A stretch of DNA of 64,000 nt from Candidatus Omnitrophota bacterium (GCA_035403965.1 DAONGE010000001.1:11475-75474), one strand, 5' to 3'; numbered from the stretch's first letter, positions 61,001 to 64,000 are shown. The notes: generated from the letters alone by a model not told the origin. Translations and numbers: made by a program.

Positions 61001-62208
61001 GCGATCTTAAGGTATTTGATAGATGTGTTGAAAACTACAAATTATCTGGCCGATCTGTTCCGGCTGAACGTAAAAATGTAGCGCAGAAAGCAGATTTGAT
61101 CCCTTCGTCCGCGGATGTGATCCAGGACTCGTCGCCCCAGCTTCCGATCGCACGTAGCTCTAATGAAAAACAAGATTTTGAAAGGACCATCGTATTCAAA
61201 AATCAGCTGGGTCTGCATGTCAGGCCATCGGTTGCGATACTCAATACATCCAAATATATATCAGACCGCTTAAATATAAAGATCAGTCTTAAAAAAGTTA
61301 AAACAGGGGTTGAGGCCCGCCCATTAGGACAAATGGCGCTGTTGGAGCTTGAGCTGTATGATGGGGATGAAGTCATGTTGCGGCTTGAAGGGGGTAACTC
61401 CAGAATGTATAAACAAGTGCTTTATATTATGGAAAAACTTTTAAGGGATGAAGATGCCCTCCAGCATCCGTCAATAGTAGCAGCCGAATATTTTTCTCTG
61501 ATAGATGTTATCGCCGGAGATGTTGTGTACGGGGATGAACAAGGTAAGGATGAAAAAAAGAAAAAAGAAGAGGCGGTAAAAGACATATTCGCCCAAGAGA
61601 AAGAATATGCCGAGCGGGCTTTAGGAGAGGTTAAATACGCGCAGGCCATCGAGTCCCTGAAAATAGCGTATATCGCCGTGGAGACCGAGTGGATAGAAAA
61701 AAGTATCGGTACGCATGAACAGTCGCAGGATATAAATAAACTGATCATAAGGATAAAACATCTTTGCAAAGAGAAAAAGATAGAATTCATTCAAGGCGAC
61801 GCTTGGGAAGTGGCGGGACGAGTGGAAGCCATCAAAAAGTCCTCGCCGAGCGCGCGCGGTATAGTGCTTGCGGAAAAAGGCGCTGTGGACGCGGTCGCGG
61901 CCGCGCTTGAGGCTATGGGGCTACCGAATGATCAAAATACCGTTCTGGCCCAGGTCAAACCTGGAAAATTCGATAGCGGTGCGTATGTAAGGCTTGTAAG
62001 GATGCTGATGGCGAGCCTTGTTCTTTTAAGGGACGATCTGACCGGCCTTTCCGAAGAAGATCGCGAAGAGTTCAGGACAAAATACTCCGACGTGGGGCTG
62101 AACTTTTTGGCGGGTAACCGTGTTATATTCAACTTACCGGCCGCAAAGGCCATGGACTATGACGATCTGCGTCATTTATACGGTGATGCGATCGAAGTAT
62201 TCGCGTAA
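40045..62208 (+). CDS. giant multi-domain mosaic protein 2 (7,387 aa): signal peptide, 3 orphan HATPase_c, HD, HAD, GT2, >=4 GNAT, 2 MutS-domain-V-like ATPases, 3 MNT nucleotidyltransferases, Rossmann module, HPr-like domain
   Basis: Single uninterrupted 22,164-nt ORF. Likely start is ATG 40063 (MKRRRPFFSLVSIAVIFSMLMSDISFAQDA signal peptide). TATAAT-like boxes at 40030 and 40054. Seven full and two degenerate copies of separator motif B. Modules listed as separate features. Confidence 0.8.
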   Translation: MLLQYNMKRRRPFFSLVSIAVIFSMLMSDISFAQDAIRDTLAPSLATKPICKVEKNDDGTFDITTNNDVIEYWENKTEDDLDAKSPFASAFREKWAIRDIGMVVAQALGLNIPSGTVKELIKKHFKNRNAENQLILEGYEIDGIKEKYCGEEISEYFVPVNRNRELAFYLKFYLNGEKKAAPFCQTKTEKGEMKNVYMDVVTIDEVQTFFEEKNSPDVRVGKRDMFFVPDFAPGVALRTAISRDLEYRCGMIKKFIEINENIGGENINAEKYKEMRDFLITGIGHILKAAENENKNDEMWEQDIQLELSEFNKNMTNKSLEGLCQGMEKKVSDRLKASIRALSILYSGLAGENHSRSADIKELTDVIKTIEMPSSFVDVVLNVDAKARNVNVNEGEMFRILENIFRNALAAQLEKAANIRDDVERAAYRAVINIDAVVDSGEVVIKIKDNGPGLPEDAEKAFREGKPFTTHTTGGGRGMRAAKYLVEKNGGKIDVLSERGEGTTFTVRLPLGEDPRVRARLLHDFANLVQGIEGETYICSEITKDPEIFESVEKSVKGCLTLRDPNLDIKKTLENIYRGMNEEVMRSMTESIGKYLADKNISTNDREELRQSFESLITLIKAVKRIAGFYSGLDTGKRLVRLNEILLSYPKRKSGQKLTTDLNAGDIEIFTDECALDQVATNLYRNALQASDANRENHISVGTSLSGDGKYVYFSIEDTGIGIPPENLRKIFEAGFTTKEDGHGFGLDIVKDLVETRLGGTIKIESEVGKGTKFMVCLPLDQEQEKPGRFSRKDVVIDLSNKADSEERLQALRAMIEERVGSRQNKIVTGQEAVREADWLSGRLWEIANCSDEWFKKSMPMHAVDVVNITKQSDNNASPELLIASMFHDADRAFDGYFVHLKDMPPYDSPLYSEYLKPILHPRMADEVIRPLLDLLGIEKNLADKVSILIRNHETGINGNSLDKDNPLVTEELITDSEKLKNADAIAVLTPFMLMVRFNEADRRGKMEEFYFEVKQKYSRCSDQGRGIIDGLIEEGKKEYENDPTWSEVYAIFLRVKDETREEVKFDIDKDIELYAFDYEETLAKTKSKMSDEMLAEIIKRLEAGRRFAVITGVNIYFLHKYFGQYIPKEIRKKYRKQIIFMGELGTEVGRYDENGELYLDEKNSVSLRPEIKTGIAGEVYKALEKHGLANISGISTRFKKDTDPAEYPAGKSIEIGLEKYGTAVVRFWDKTLRGRMKDIVEDLRDVLDKMGLKVAASNSAIDISPMDKGEALDKLRAIIKEESGKDIAYENILVGGDSQNDYAMLAKPGVKAVYFGNSKKAELPEEVAKNVYMSETKGPEGLVGLFSVGIFNNVREDRKTQENLSFDAVRSWEWERLMYEFREMFAQHRVRDFNRNLLRYRQAVEMYNAEYDQGVYEDMLHKGKGLRDDDKEMETALEQKYLEDLSKLLSCALRRDDSDNVAEYLAALIKSEKASLLSDEAKLFIRSFLTIYSMSPERGKKVGVVISMFNEQKRMGKEDFVRKKIEQMEELFAVNPGLDWEMVFVEDGEERSNGESKSSGEMALEILRSEYQNLLDSGKVKVLFLNKKIKDNIRGRKGSGIIYGLRKALDDGADYLVYTDADISSHLGQTGILLDPLVKGDAQVTIASRRINGDIVFNRSRGEKIKSMVYNIFVRLILGLKITDSQTGFKAFTREALEKSLPLKVFPPEGSDGKEFEGNFVYNFSFDTNLLCRIDDVFSDSEETVIAEVPIVWIGSREESTVRLKDVLIMLRGLFEQWRIRNRTVQIVSSDEVSQKGNYKLLAILKGDEIGKLEYSPDINDANTVWLGWIGVENKRHSVGELLMRRFFAECRAMKKNKVKLWCDKNNTSAVVFYEEISERLNIPMEINDEISNAFHLITYTIGDVYKLSGLNSGAATSEVQKVEDQGDNVFNRTGNGLIFIGGATLAGNIFLGVFAYLYLSAQKQAIVDFLYEKSRVKKWYAKPCHYLSRFFDMVLLDVARCIAILDRKETVSVKLDSAVSDEHKMTLMAYSGKEKAGTLKFSQSSHAPNTMSLEWLNVTYKKQGKGVGTALMTEFFKICYKLKKKRIILCCKKDNTGAIAFYYEMARRFNARIDKKDITINDEYYLIEYTFDDSNRAMPAFICLGGAMTFWSDVFIAGLVYLWFSAQKQAIADFLYEKSRMKKWYSSIARHLARFFDIVLLDMTQYAATRYLAKSLLMGPGLTIKPIDNGTVGALSISGTPDDDIVYVPEKYREKLAEKDIYPQRYRHVFMGMIDRLKLNDNEINELKSTLATVAGNMRIYKDPMGRIDMIIDVLKENNIDANGGSELKKQYLIVVYSIARHGKKGKVALDGVIRSFNGAGIKYQDMTEELKIQYLTAVYEIAMKGEKGKEALDGVIKSFKGERIVYKELTEELKKKYLIAVYKIAMKGEEGEKALGGVIESFKEEGIVYKELETEELKKTYLIAVYEIARKGKEGKDALDGVIGSFKGEGIVYKELTKDLKKQYLTAVYNIAMKGEGNKKTKEDGEEETVLDGVIKSFKKEGGIVYKELETEELKKQYLIAIYEIARKGQYAVENVGTIIDLLRGEGIEYKTMRRDSEKKRYLRSVYVQALKKGKEYDDEFILYVMKGFWELYSAEREPAVFESIAASGKKWREVVDAGTPRSIAKSTEWKERVKTVLNTLSDREREIAEALMETGSAEDAAIKGFDRKEIEKVMEKLRVAFADMKNKPTSSASAVLLMGGSTLAGNIFLGVFAYLYLSAQKQAIVDFLYEKSRMKKWYAGVARHLARFFDFILLDMTRYAATRYLAKSLLMGPGLTIKKTGSDGDRSGIDSGTDLRGETGTGLGSDLETSRDVVFGLGEVRLASLDDAWVIVQLKRLISEMPYGRDYRSIIYDMRERRSNDRIFVFKDNSGEVVGFIEGRFFLNAKSCYIANLAVREDMQKRGIGRILFNTFLDEMLDLGITSASVAARNDATAKFALERGLKCEEYYKGSDIQGYYVGDINKGNKVGQYFSKSPAFIFAGGSALAVNIFSGVFTYLYLSAQKQAIVDFLYEKSRMKKWYAGVARHLARFFDSILLDMTRYAATRYLAQSLLMSPGLTIRQVGSDGDRSEREIGDRSGIDSGTGLRGKPGTGLRSDLETSRESVNCGSGFLDYVKADNLESVFSYMGGLKSASNIGIDRLMSRLRSPFANINGILKEYAVQDDLAGSPEALKTLLEKIKELDEITKKAMEGVSPHEIRVNAQNAFDEQTEKYKRILYPDTGELPILLNEIQAILSKFNNEHVSELKGEIGGVLEKYDEVFGEESGIYTPISGVMHMEWWQKVAPHLLRGQENTIWKVRESFGNVAASAILAELKLAAGYKHAKFTDNDNVFNMKNATHPTMRFKSGFTPVSFKVSKSKKVTIISGLNSGGKSVTVKAAGIIALMVQAGMPVPADVEMDKMLFGGFKKAEVKDEDVSTGQGSNMLAELDETKKLMNTVKPNEFIIIDDDIFGGSSEPTVVASCFNAFMEKLGASGAVVVGITHHLDALRALKKEHPDDFNFLCVKTRPGKDGEEESEYELQEGIADSSQGLIEAIRMKWPASKLAIKYFNKLREWKNEPAVVCNNMPALKPAPLRQRGYFCSSVERDFLQLTDFSGKLRNTAVSIMGEIAGDVSGDFVEDIYANPETANSSEWREAIELLRTNPDVLDKFTSLLKENYRRWPQNIKFEERIHRYINPDSDKMTREFLRLIAFCRTSGITMLEKSAGRINSFLYGDFKSEIVKWVKACEEMIKLTEKEVGKENVKFRLGVDFIEMVNGMNRIIEKEDEFNELMTGLLFEYQFEEGSDLNKIKNLFVQSLKENHGSGYLFMQARTINNMMEEKNTGRKFIEKLQTNGLNARFLSIDKGLITRKDDRSQIMVQFCRDMSAMCTLRAMVDVDENWPFAKKGTEGEIRIKGGWHTSLEEDPNRTPNNVDISAYGKKGSLSIYTGFNTGGKSTLAKMIAQIVTHAKIGWPVPAEYASIGDFSDIQVVSELLTDIKEEQRQRNGKDEIGGALDRALHQSSMIIQNATPKSLIILDEPFSGSTEPEVAEALTAALAQSLVDRGATVILITHLLDTIPVLEGEVAGTQVFRAKTFEKDGALYPRFSFEPGIAVSSHGFEVARKIDWPGYSRALEYFNVLNKEEMQRERSPRDRSGAARAIFQEPRDSKYDGMKGREIKSAEKDRRKQLKEAEKKRLSSGEGNKNAPAILYFGASTLELNIFTGIFSYTGAVQHAEKVSHIDFRDDYGESLRRLWNFGPKGVPTEESVLRRLVVNLAYEMIVEQIRAFVKTKYPGADIDKLGVNVMLFGSSAKGLSIETSDIDFGLFIDDTELGSGIKVDPGYKSALVKIAVSALNEVIDKNGFNVKRFSVQLKRVNARANDVIIASHMLSREFGHRIFRDLANIFYINFGPIEIMRKKALQIVMNSANPEKTWENVCKWWSGYAKVIGNKHELRVSLDEIVEESLLISLPDLKTMCSIYNIEYRLPAVSVQETEKGDISITYPGKGLKVPPSDKAPAVLLMGGSTLVGNIFLGVFAYLYLSAQKDSIVDFLYEKSRMKKWYAGVARHLARFFDSILLDMTQSAATRYLANSLLMGPGLTIKPIDNEPVEAISISGKPDDGKDIVYVPEKYREKLAERDIYPQRYRQVFKGMIDRLKLNDNEINELKSTLATVAGTMCIYKDPMGRIDMIIDVLKENNIDENGGSELKKKYLIAVYMIAKKGKEGKEALDVVIGSFNGAGIKYQDMTEELKKQYLIAVYEIAMKGKEALDGVIKSFRGERIVYKELTEELKKQYLIAVYMIARKGKEGKDALDGVIELFKREGIVYKELTEELKKQYLIALYAIARKGKEGKDALDGVIRLFKEEGIEYSELTEDLKKQYLIVVYEIAMKGRYAVENVGKIIELLRGEGIEYKNMQRDAEKKNYLRAVYVQALKKGKEYDDEFILYISKYFWELSGHERKPEVLTSVTETGIKLFKMVAPETPRSIAEFMELTERVKKALGGLSDEEREIAKELMNTGSAEDAAIKGFDRKEIEKVMEKLRVAFADMRNGTRGSAPAVLLIGGSTLMKAGEAPDKEKSLVGIDPTWDKEKTIKYLESLIQKTELEEKDIEFLKTLTEFLQCKDNSLISFINQNGRLDIAANIDSINVLKYLVINFDPTVFDVSQSEEMSRRYKEIARHMSTGAYEHQLSHCQRTFEVLKELWSSLEKKGIKNTELENLVAAGRNIEADFMLLRHALGNYEYFKDGILSIWIINLARREIYRIFKFNQEALEFLRKYLNEGEQYDDRDEGEWEKYFISFAEFGLGEAAGFILDIDQWKKQGLDSYLGKSTIGDLVSLFESAVIKKAGHDFKFSSYEETDINELDTVGISITDLEYVAENLADNSCGAKDTSRPFKINLKFSNEIRNRQKYVRIEFTDTGKGMAPEVLASVRSGGGFTTKGAFGHGKGIPIVFEIIKNGGGFLEIESEEGKGTTFIIGIPITVSYGTVLGETGVTGTLPASDPETSQGGKTASAVIFAGGSTLIGNIFIALYSYLYLSVQKDAIVDFLYEKSRMKKWYSGLARHLARFFDFILLDMTQSAATRYLAKSLLMGPGLTIRPVEPDVDRSERENGDRSGIDSGTGLGSDLETSPYVPGAVPKVPSFMLSARDIFESISRMRDDITDAAMIDEIGVKEGDRILCVGIGSYCNCPVAGAIKGANVDIVQPSSYEGVEQTRELIKAIDILRQKIISKYGTDLIGERIDTESYRGMAEEVDLHNRTYTVAILPNILDDPARSKNKQSAKLRDVILNSLSDEATILISVLGGRTDEYAFAFADYARGKGYKVEVGSKYTSDNVYRVLKVTRVNAELEKEKGPEVSLERERKLKRITRLVENYFDDWAKSEWREILDILNYLGEKGSISPSQKEEIFEKIKVLVENIFSPNKIPREFFDYEGEENVAKLIDFMMNIKDEHLGSLRSLREDLVKIIPHDHMLVSSLDGLIEKVEKLFNEVESVRKEIFLSGMPSEGGPYNKAPAIFSLGASTLAGNIFLGVFTYLYLSAQKQAIVDFLYEKSRMKKWYSGLARHLARFFDSILLDMTRYAATRYLAKSLLNGPADMIRPVDGPLFPGFPDGEKGRNYQGIDVIARLQILAGGNDSEGLVRELNKIGPDRVRNLMGSGDTSRSTGFMILMAQICEILVKSGDLTRLNNEVRRIVEQKERDFARDAIVVSLERASEKQSATYSDPRRSARRDGKTSVTRRTQGEGESSSPPAAPRDDLGSGASPGDAEREEFLRKNNSAFSQMMDVLDDYHHERSITRYFLAGSMSRGTFGVPPKDMDIAVSFRLSRQAEEVDVYQRLYEEIETISKETGISFHIIPLPIGHVFNITDNSIEPTGEVLGGSYRPAMASLINPVDYRLIEISRAYRETAGADFFAQLFLKIKTYNENVPRDDDRATQGAAEKNINGSETLFPGAGPGAASLNGPEFTRKIKVRAPRFLAGWTRGRVEKAITTGLTYDEAVAWREWKLRTNKRFPSGFWQSRQTVINYTLATLDSISGFKQARESGDISTTAKLLRSELKRYNLGYKKFFVERGRMNALLDNNYDGILSEPNRVSSLIGLAVPGLIDMKNKDAISPVEVEPNYWENEENARYHILAALDNGVPGFADARARHDIKAMAGLYREYVMGYGSKTGKYDDGQVAFFCEVGELLGLISHERKYLDKKGSPAAVLRFAIPELVDQNDPDAIRLTDVERKVAVVGSDRKYEEKLMEYIIKHSVDGRSGKELYENNPMLSSQLSYEERADIYRAILSRDTLKPWEWAACAYIWCCEARDRFLASDILENPLTIEECHGDKKVNKVIHDLIFNHKFRIDSGNTETLFGVLFSSSLRVHNMPEGVGPDVVYANIQRARGLVQGESDHIMDLRAYAGSHLWFTSPAMLDLFYGADGIGGEAYANARTIIPREIFTPELMARFNEIYASCIYRIEMLNGSDLKVFDRCVENYKLSGRSVPAERKNVAQKADLIPSSADVIQDSSPQLPIARSSNEKQDFERTIVFKNQLGLHVRPSVAILNTSKYISDRLNIKISLKKVKTGVEARPLGQMALLELELYDGDEVMLRLEGGNSRMYKQVLYIMEKLLRDEDALQHPSIVAAEYFSLIDVIAGDVVYGDEQGKDEKKKKEEAVKDIFAQEKEYAERALGEVKYAQAIESLKIAYIAVETEWIEKSIGTHEQSQDINKLIIRIKHLCKEKKIEFIQGDAWEVAGRVEAIKKSSPSARGIVLAEKGAVDAVAAALEAMGLPNDQNTVLAQVKPGKFDSGAYVRLVRMLMASLVLLRDDLTGLSEEDREEFRTKYSDVGLNFLAGNRVIFNLPAAKAMDYDDLRHLYGDAIEVFA
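41190..41580 (+). other. HATPase_c (GHKL ATPase) module 1, without an adjacent HisKA
   Basis: N-box ENIFRNALAAQ, G1 DNGPGLP, G2 GGGRGMRAAKYLVEKNGGKIDVLSERGEGTTFTVRLPL. Confidence 0.6.
42040..42390 (+). other. HATPase_c module 2
   Basis: ATNLYRNALQAS, DTGIGIPPENLRKIFEAGFTTK, GHGFGLDIVKDLVETRLGGTIKIESEVGKGTKFMVCLPL. Confidence 0.6.
42560..43060 (+). other. HD-domain phosphohydrolase module
   Basis: H..(~40 aa)..LIASMFHDADRAF (HD dyad at ~42706) .. IRNHETG. Confidence 0.5.
43260..44070 (+). other. HAD-superfamily (Cof / IIB-like) hydrolase module
   Basis: Motif I AFDYEETL (DxExT variant), VITGVN, motif IV GGDSQNDYAML. Confidence 0.5.
44540..45330 (+). other. GT2 glycosyltransferase module (DPM1/GtrB-like)
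   Basis: VVISMFNEQ near the start, DxD YTDADIS, Q/RxxRW-like region ..GFKAFTRE. Confidence 0.5.
45430..45730 (+). other. GNAT module
   Basis: WIGVENKRHSVGELLMRRFFAECRA..AVVFYEE. Confidence 0.35.
45862..46070 (+). repeat. separator motif B1
   Basis: IGGATLAGNIFLGVFAYLYLSAQKQAIVDFLYEKSRVKKWYAKPCHYLSRFFDMVLLD. Confidence 0.7.
46100..46440 (+). other. GNAT module
   Basis: LEWLNVTYKKQGKGVGTALMTEFF..GAIAFYYEM. Confidence 0.45.
46475..46725 (+). repeat. separator motif B2
   Basis: LGGAMTFWSDVFIAGLVYLWFSAQKQAIADFLYEKSRMKKWYSSIARHLARFFDIVLLDMTQYAATRYLAKSLLMGPGLTIK. Confidence 0.7.
46990..47800 (+). repeat. tandem array 1 of ~126-nt (42-aa) repeats (ELKKQYLIAVYEIA[RM]KG.EGK.ALDGVI.SFK.EGIVYKELT), ~6 units
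   Basis: Units start at 47029, 47158, 47284, 47413, 47542, 47704 with 80-90% nt identity. Antisense track ORFs here repeat identical peptides, confirming the period. Confidence 0.75.
48259..48510 (+). repeat. separator motif B3
   Basis: MGGSTLAGNIFLGVFAYLYLSAQKQAIVDFLYEKSRMKKWYAGVARHLARFFDFILLDMTRYAATRYLAKSLLMGPGLTIK. Confidence 0.75.
48514..48610 (+). repeat. 23-bp minisatellite linker L1 (encodes GSDGDRSGIDSGTDLRGETGTGLGSDLETS)
   Basis: GGGGACAGGTCTGGGATTGATTCCGGGACAGATCTGAGAGGGGAAACGGGGACAGGTCTGGGATCAGATTTGGAAACGTCCC. Confidence 0.65.
48620..49010 (+). other. GNAT module
   Basis: VVGFIEGRFF..YIANLAVREDMQKRGIGRILFNTF carries the Q/RxxGxG/A CoA-binding motif. Confidence 0.5.
49105..49355 (+). 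repeat. separator motif B4
   Basis: AGGSALAVNIFSGVFTYLYLSAQKQAIVDFLYEKSRMKKWYAGVARHLARFFDSILLDMTRYAATRYLAQSLLMSPGLTIR. Confidence 0.75.
49362..49485 (+). repeat. minisatellite linker L2
   Basis: Encodes GSDGDRSEREIGDRSGIDSGTGLRGKPGTGLRSDLETS. Same 23-bp unit GGRACAGGTCTRRGAT. Confidence 0.65.
50230..50660 (+). other. MutS-domain-V-like ABC ATPase module 1
   Basis: Walker A ISGLNSGGKSV (50268-50294), Walker B FIIIDD, ITHHLD (H-loop/TH motif) at ~50615. Confidence 0.5.
51890..52500 (+). other. MutS-domain-V-like ABC ATPase module 2
   Basis: Walker A YTGFNTGGKST (51961-51987), Walker B + signature LIILDEPFSGST, ILITHLLD. Confidence 0.55.
52728..52900 (+). repeat. separator motif B5 (degenerate)
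   Basis: APAILYFGASTLELNIFTGIFSYTGAVQHAEKVSHIDFRDDYGESLRRLWNF. Confidence 0.45.
53030..53100 (+). other. MNT nucleotidyltransferase module
   Basis: MLFGSSAKGLSIETSDIDFGLFID. Confidence 0.5.
53660..53925 (+). repeat. separator motif B6
   Basis: MGGSTLVGNIFLGVFAYLYLSAQKDSIVDFLYEKSRMKKWYAGVARHLARFFDSILLDMTQSAATRYLANSLLMGPGLTIK. Confidence 0.75.
54226..54790 (+). repeat. tandem array 2 of ~120-126-nt repeats (same family as array 1), ~5 units
   Basis: Units start at 54226, 54355, 54475, 54595, 54715. Part of the second copy of the ~1.8-kb intragenic duplication (53.66-55.32 kb versus 46.47-48.30 kb). Confidence 0.75.
56290..56560 (+). other. HATPase_c module 3
   Basis: FTDTGKGMAPEVL, GGGFTTKGAFGHGKGIPIVFEIIKNGGGFLEIESEEGKGTTFIIGIP. 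Confidence 0.55.
56641..56900 (+). repeat. separator motif B8 (B7 is a truncated GGSTLMK stub at 55276-55320)
   Basis: AGGSTLIGNIFIALYSYLYLSVQKDAIVDFLYEKSRMKKWYSGLARHLARFFDFILLDMTQSAATRYLAKSLLMGPGLTIR. Confidence 0.75.
56905..57000 (+). repeat. minisatellite linker L3
   Basis: Encodes VDRSERENGDRSGIDSGTGLGSDLETSP. Contains GGGGACAGGTCTGGGATTGATTCCGGGACAGGTCTGGGATCAGATTTGGAAACGTCCCC. Confidence 0.65.
58141..58405 (+). repeat. separator motif B9
   Basis: LGASTLAGNIFLGVFTYLYLSAQKQAIVDFLYEKSRMKKWYSGLARHLARFFDSILLDMTRYAATRYLAKSLLNGPADMIRP. Confidence 0.75.
59000..59070 (+). other. MNT nucleotidyltransferase module
   Basis: FLAGSMSRGTFGVPPKDMDIAVSF. Confidence 0.45.
61185..61440 (+). other. HPr-like phosphocarrier domain near the C-terminus of giant protein 2
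   Basis: TIVFKNQLGLHVRPSVAILNTSKYIS..NIKISLKK..VEARPLGQMALLELELYDGDEVMLRLEGGNS parallels HPr: the GLHARPA active-site His loop, then ~70 aa with the regulatory region, ending in a ..G.D.. pattern. Confidence 0.5.
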
Positions 62209-62297
62209 AGTTAATGTATAAAAACTGAATGTTTTACAGATATAGATAGGGAAAAGTTACGCAAATGTTAAATATGAAAAATTCAGCAAAAACGACT

Positions 62298-62326
62298 TGA
62301 TTTTTGCATCGTCCCTTGGGATAATG
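62298..62326 (+). promoter_or_regulatory. candidate promoter for the downstream gene
   Basis: TTGATT, 17-nt spacer, GATAAT. GAGGGA RBS precedes ATG 62383. Confidence 0.35.
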
Positions 62327-62382
62327 TTAATACTTTAAAAAGTAAGTAAAAAATTGACAGATACTAACCAAACGAGGGATCA

Positions 62383-64000
62383 TGAAAAAATTTAAATGGG
62401 CCATTTCGTGTTTTGTTAACGTCGTTTTTTTATTCAATACCGTAATATTTGATACTTCCGCAGCCCCTACGATGATGCCAAGAACCGGCATTGATTATCT
62501 AGCCCCAATATCGCTTTTCAATAATCTTGATGATTCAAATATGGAATTACAGGATCTTTCCCGTATCGAATATATTCTTACGCAGCATTTGTTTTATGCG
62601 AAGGACAATGAGGGGGATCTCGATATAGAAAAGTTTGTTGAAAAAGCGAGTGCATACAGGGATTCCAGCACCGAACATAAAGCGCCGATCCAGTTTTTTA
62701 CACACGAAAAAGAAACGTTTCCCGACGGATTAATTTGCCTGCGATGTAGGATATTTGACGAAAAAAAAGGAGAGCCAAGAACATATTATTCCGTTTTTCC
62801 CAAAAAGGCTGTAGACGGATTTTTCCCTATGCAGGTTTATACGGAAAAAGAATGGGATAAAGTAAGGCCGGAAATATCGGGCACAAAATTTCCAATAAGA
62901 GCCAAAGAAAAACCTGCTCAAGCCGCGGCGCTGGAAAGAAATGTAGCGCATCAGGGGTTTGACAGTGTTTTGCAGTTCGCACATGATCCGCGATCCGGCA
63001 TTACAATTTCATCACCCGAAGAACTGGGGATAGATTACCAACAGATCTTAGAGGATGTACAGGCTAAGCTGGGTGTTACAATAGAAAATCCAAATGATCT
63101 TTTACCGCTTGAGGAAAGGGTATGTAGCATTATTCCCATGGACGGTATATTGAAAGATGCTTTTGAACAGAATCGAATTATTCTTAATGACGTTAAGGGG
63201 AACAAAAAAAGTTTGATCCCGTTCACTCATTTGAGTGATTATTATCAGAACATATTGATGAAGGGAGAAGAAATAGGGGCTCTTAAGAGAAATACACCAG
63301 AGGCAGCCGAGATCAGGGAACGTATTAAGGAAAGTCTCTCACGTGCTATCGCCCATGAGCTTGGTGTGGCTTGTGACCAGCCGATATTATTTTTTGATGA
63401 CAACGATAATCCCATCAATATATTTGACTGCATGTATCAGGATATCGATATGTTACGTGTCCCTGGGGAATACAGGGAGATAAAAAATTCATATGAATTG
63501 AAAGACCTGGATACTAATATTGAAACTCGTGATTTTGCGGGTAGTGATAAACAAAGCCGCTCAGAGTTGAGATACCGTTGTGAAGGAAAGGATGGGGAAA
63601 AGATTGAAGGATGCCCAATAATTACAGATTGTTCTACAAACAATAGAATTGATCCGTTCGGATCCTTCGGAGTTTCTGCATATTATAAATTTGATAAGTA
63701 TGTTATAGGAGAACATGAAAAGAAATATAATAGTAAAACATACATGTTTTATATTTTTGATCTTGAGAAAGGAGAATTTTATGGTTTGTGCGACAAGAAC
63801 GATATAGTGATAGAATCTCTTCCAGACATATTTCAGGTAATGGTCAAAGACGGTGTAATGGTGGTATTATCAAAGGATAATAAAGGCCCTGAGCCATTTT
63901 GCTGGATAACGATACGTGCATATGATTTGTCTACAGGACAGGAGATTTTACATAGTAGAAGATATGACGGATACGAGTACGAGTCTTTTAAATTGTCTGC
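62383..64000 (+). CDS. secreted hypothetical protein (3' end outside window)
   Basis: Frame 1 is open from ATG 62383 to the window end (>=539 codons, no stop, translated by hand). N-terminal signal peptide MKKFKWAISCFVNVVFLFNTVIFDTSAAP. Several Cys pairs. No recognisable catalytic motif. Confidence 0.5.

Noticed and set aside
63337-63357. HExxH-like metalloprotease motif AIAHELGV in the downstream secreted protein
   Set aside because: The second His is missing (HELGV), so it is not an HExxH zinc site.

Overview
This is a 64-kb window of AT-rich bacterial DNA (about 42% GC by eye), with most genes on the + strand. The first 18 kb is ordinary chromosome: a partial coiled-coil ORF, a SAM-dependent methyltransferase, the MgtE Mg2+ transporter, a putative Rrf2-regulated metY-cysK sulfur-assimilation unit, a 1,777-aa 7TM/multi-PAS hybrid histidine kinase with HPt plus a stand-alone receiver, carB without an adjacent carA, a class II photolyase, and a divergent DUF2156-like/YkgJ-like pair. 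The remaining ~43 kb is dominated by two adjacent same-strand giant ORFs: 18998-38977 (6,659 aa) and 40045-62208 (7,387 aa). Each encodes a mosaic of many unrelated enzymatic and regulatory modules. Gene 1 carries an S2P-like intramembrane protease segment, a fold-II PLP domain, two Kdo/RIO-like kinase folds, an ATP-grasp domain, TPR arrays, GNATs, an HExxH motif, a YbaK-like deacylase and an MNT-type nucleotidyltransferase. Gene 2 carries three orphan HATPase_c domains, HD, HAD, GT2, several GNATs, two MutS-domain-V-like ATPases, three MNT nucleotidyltransferases and an HPr-like domain. The modules are separated by a recurring ~75-aa hydrophobic/amphipathic separator motif ending GLTIK. It occurs 4 times in gene 1 and 7 full plus 2 degenerate times in gene 2, and is conserved at the nucleotide level. 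Gene 2 also contains a ~1.8-kb intragenic segmental duplication with ~126-nt tandem repeat arrays. A 23-bp minisatellite encodes its G/S/D/T-rich linkers, and a degenerate copy of that minisatellite recurs in reverse orientation in the intergenic region downstream of carB. Between the two giant genes sits an IS200-like/REP-associated Y1 transposase with three copies of a double-hairpin REP-like element. One copy is inserted in-frame inside the transposase gene, and a 90-bp piece of the gene plus REP is duplicated upstream. This giant-gene architecture is what I associate from memory with uncultivated Omnitrophota-like bacteria; I cannot verify that here. No rRNA, tRNA or CRISPR array was recognised.
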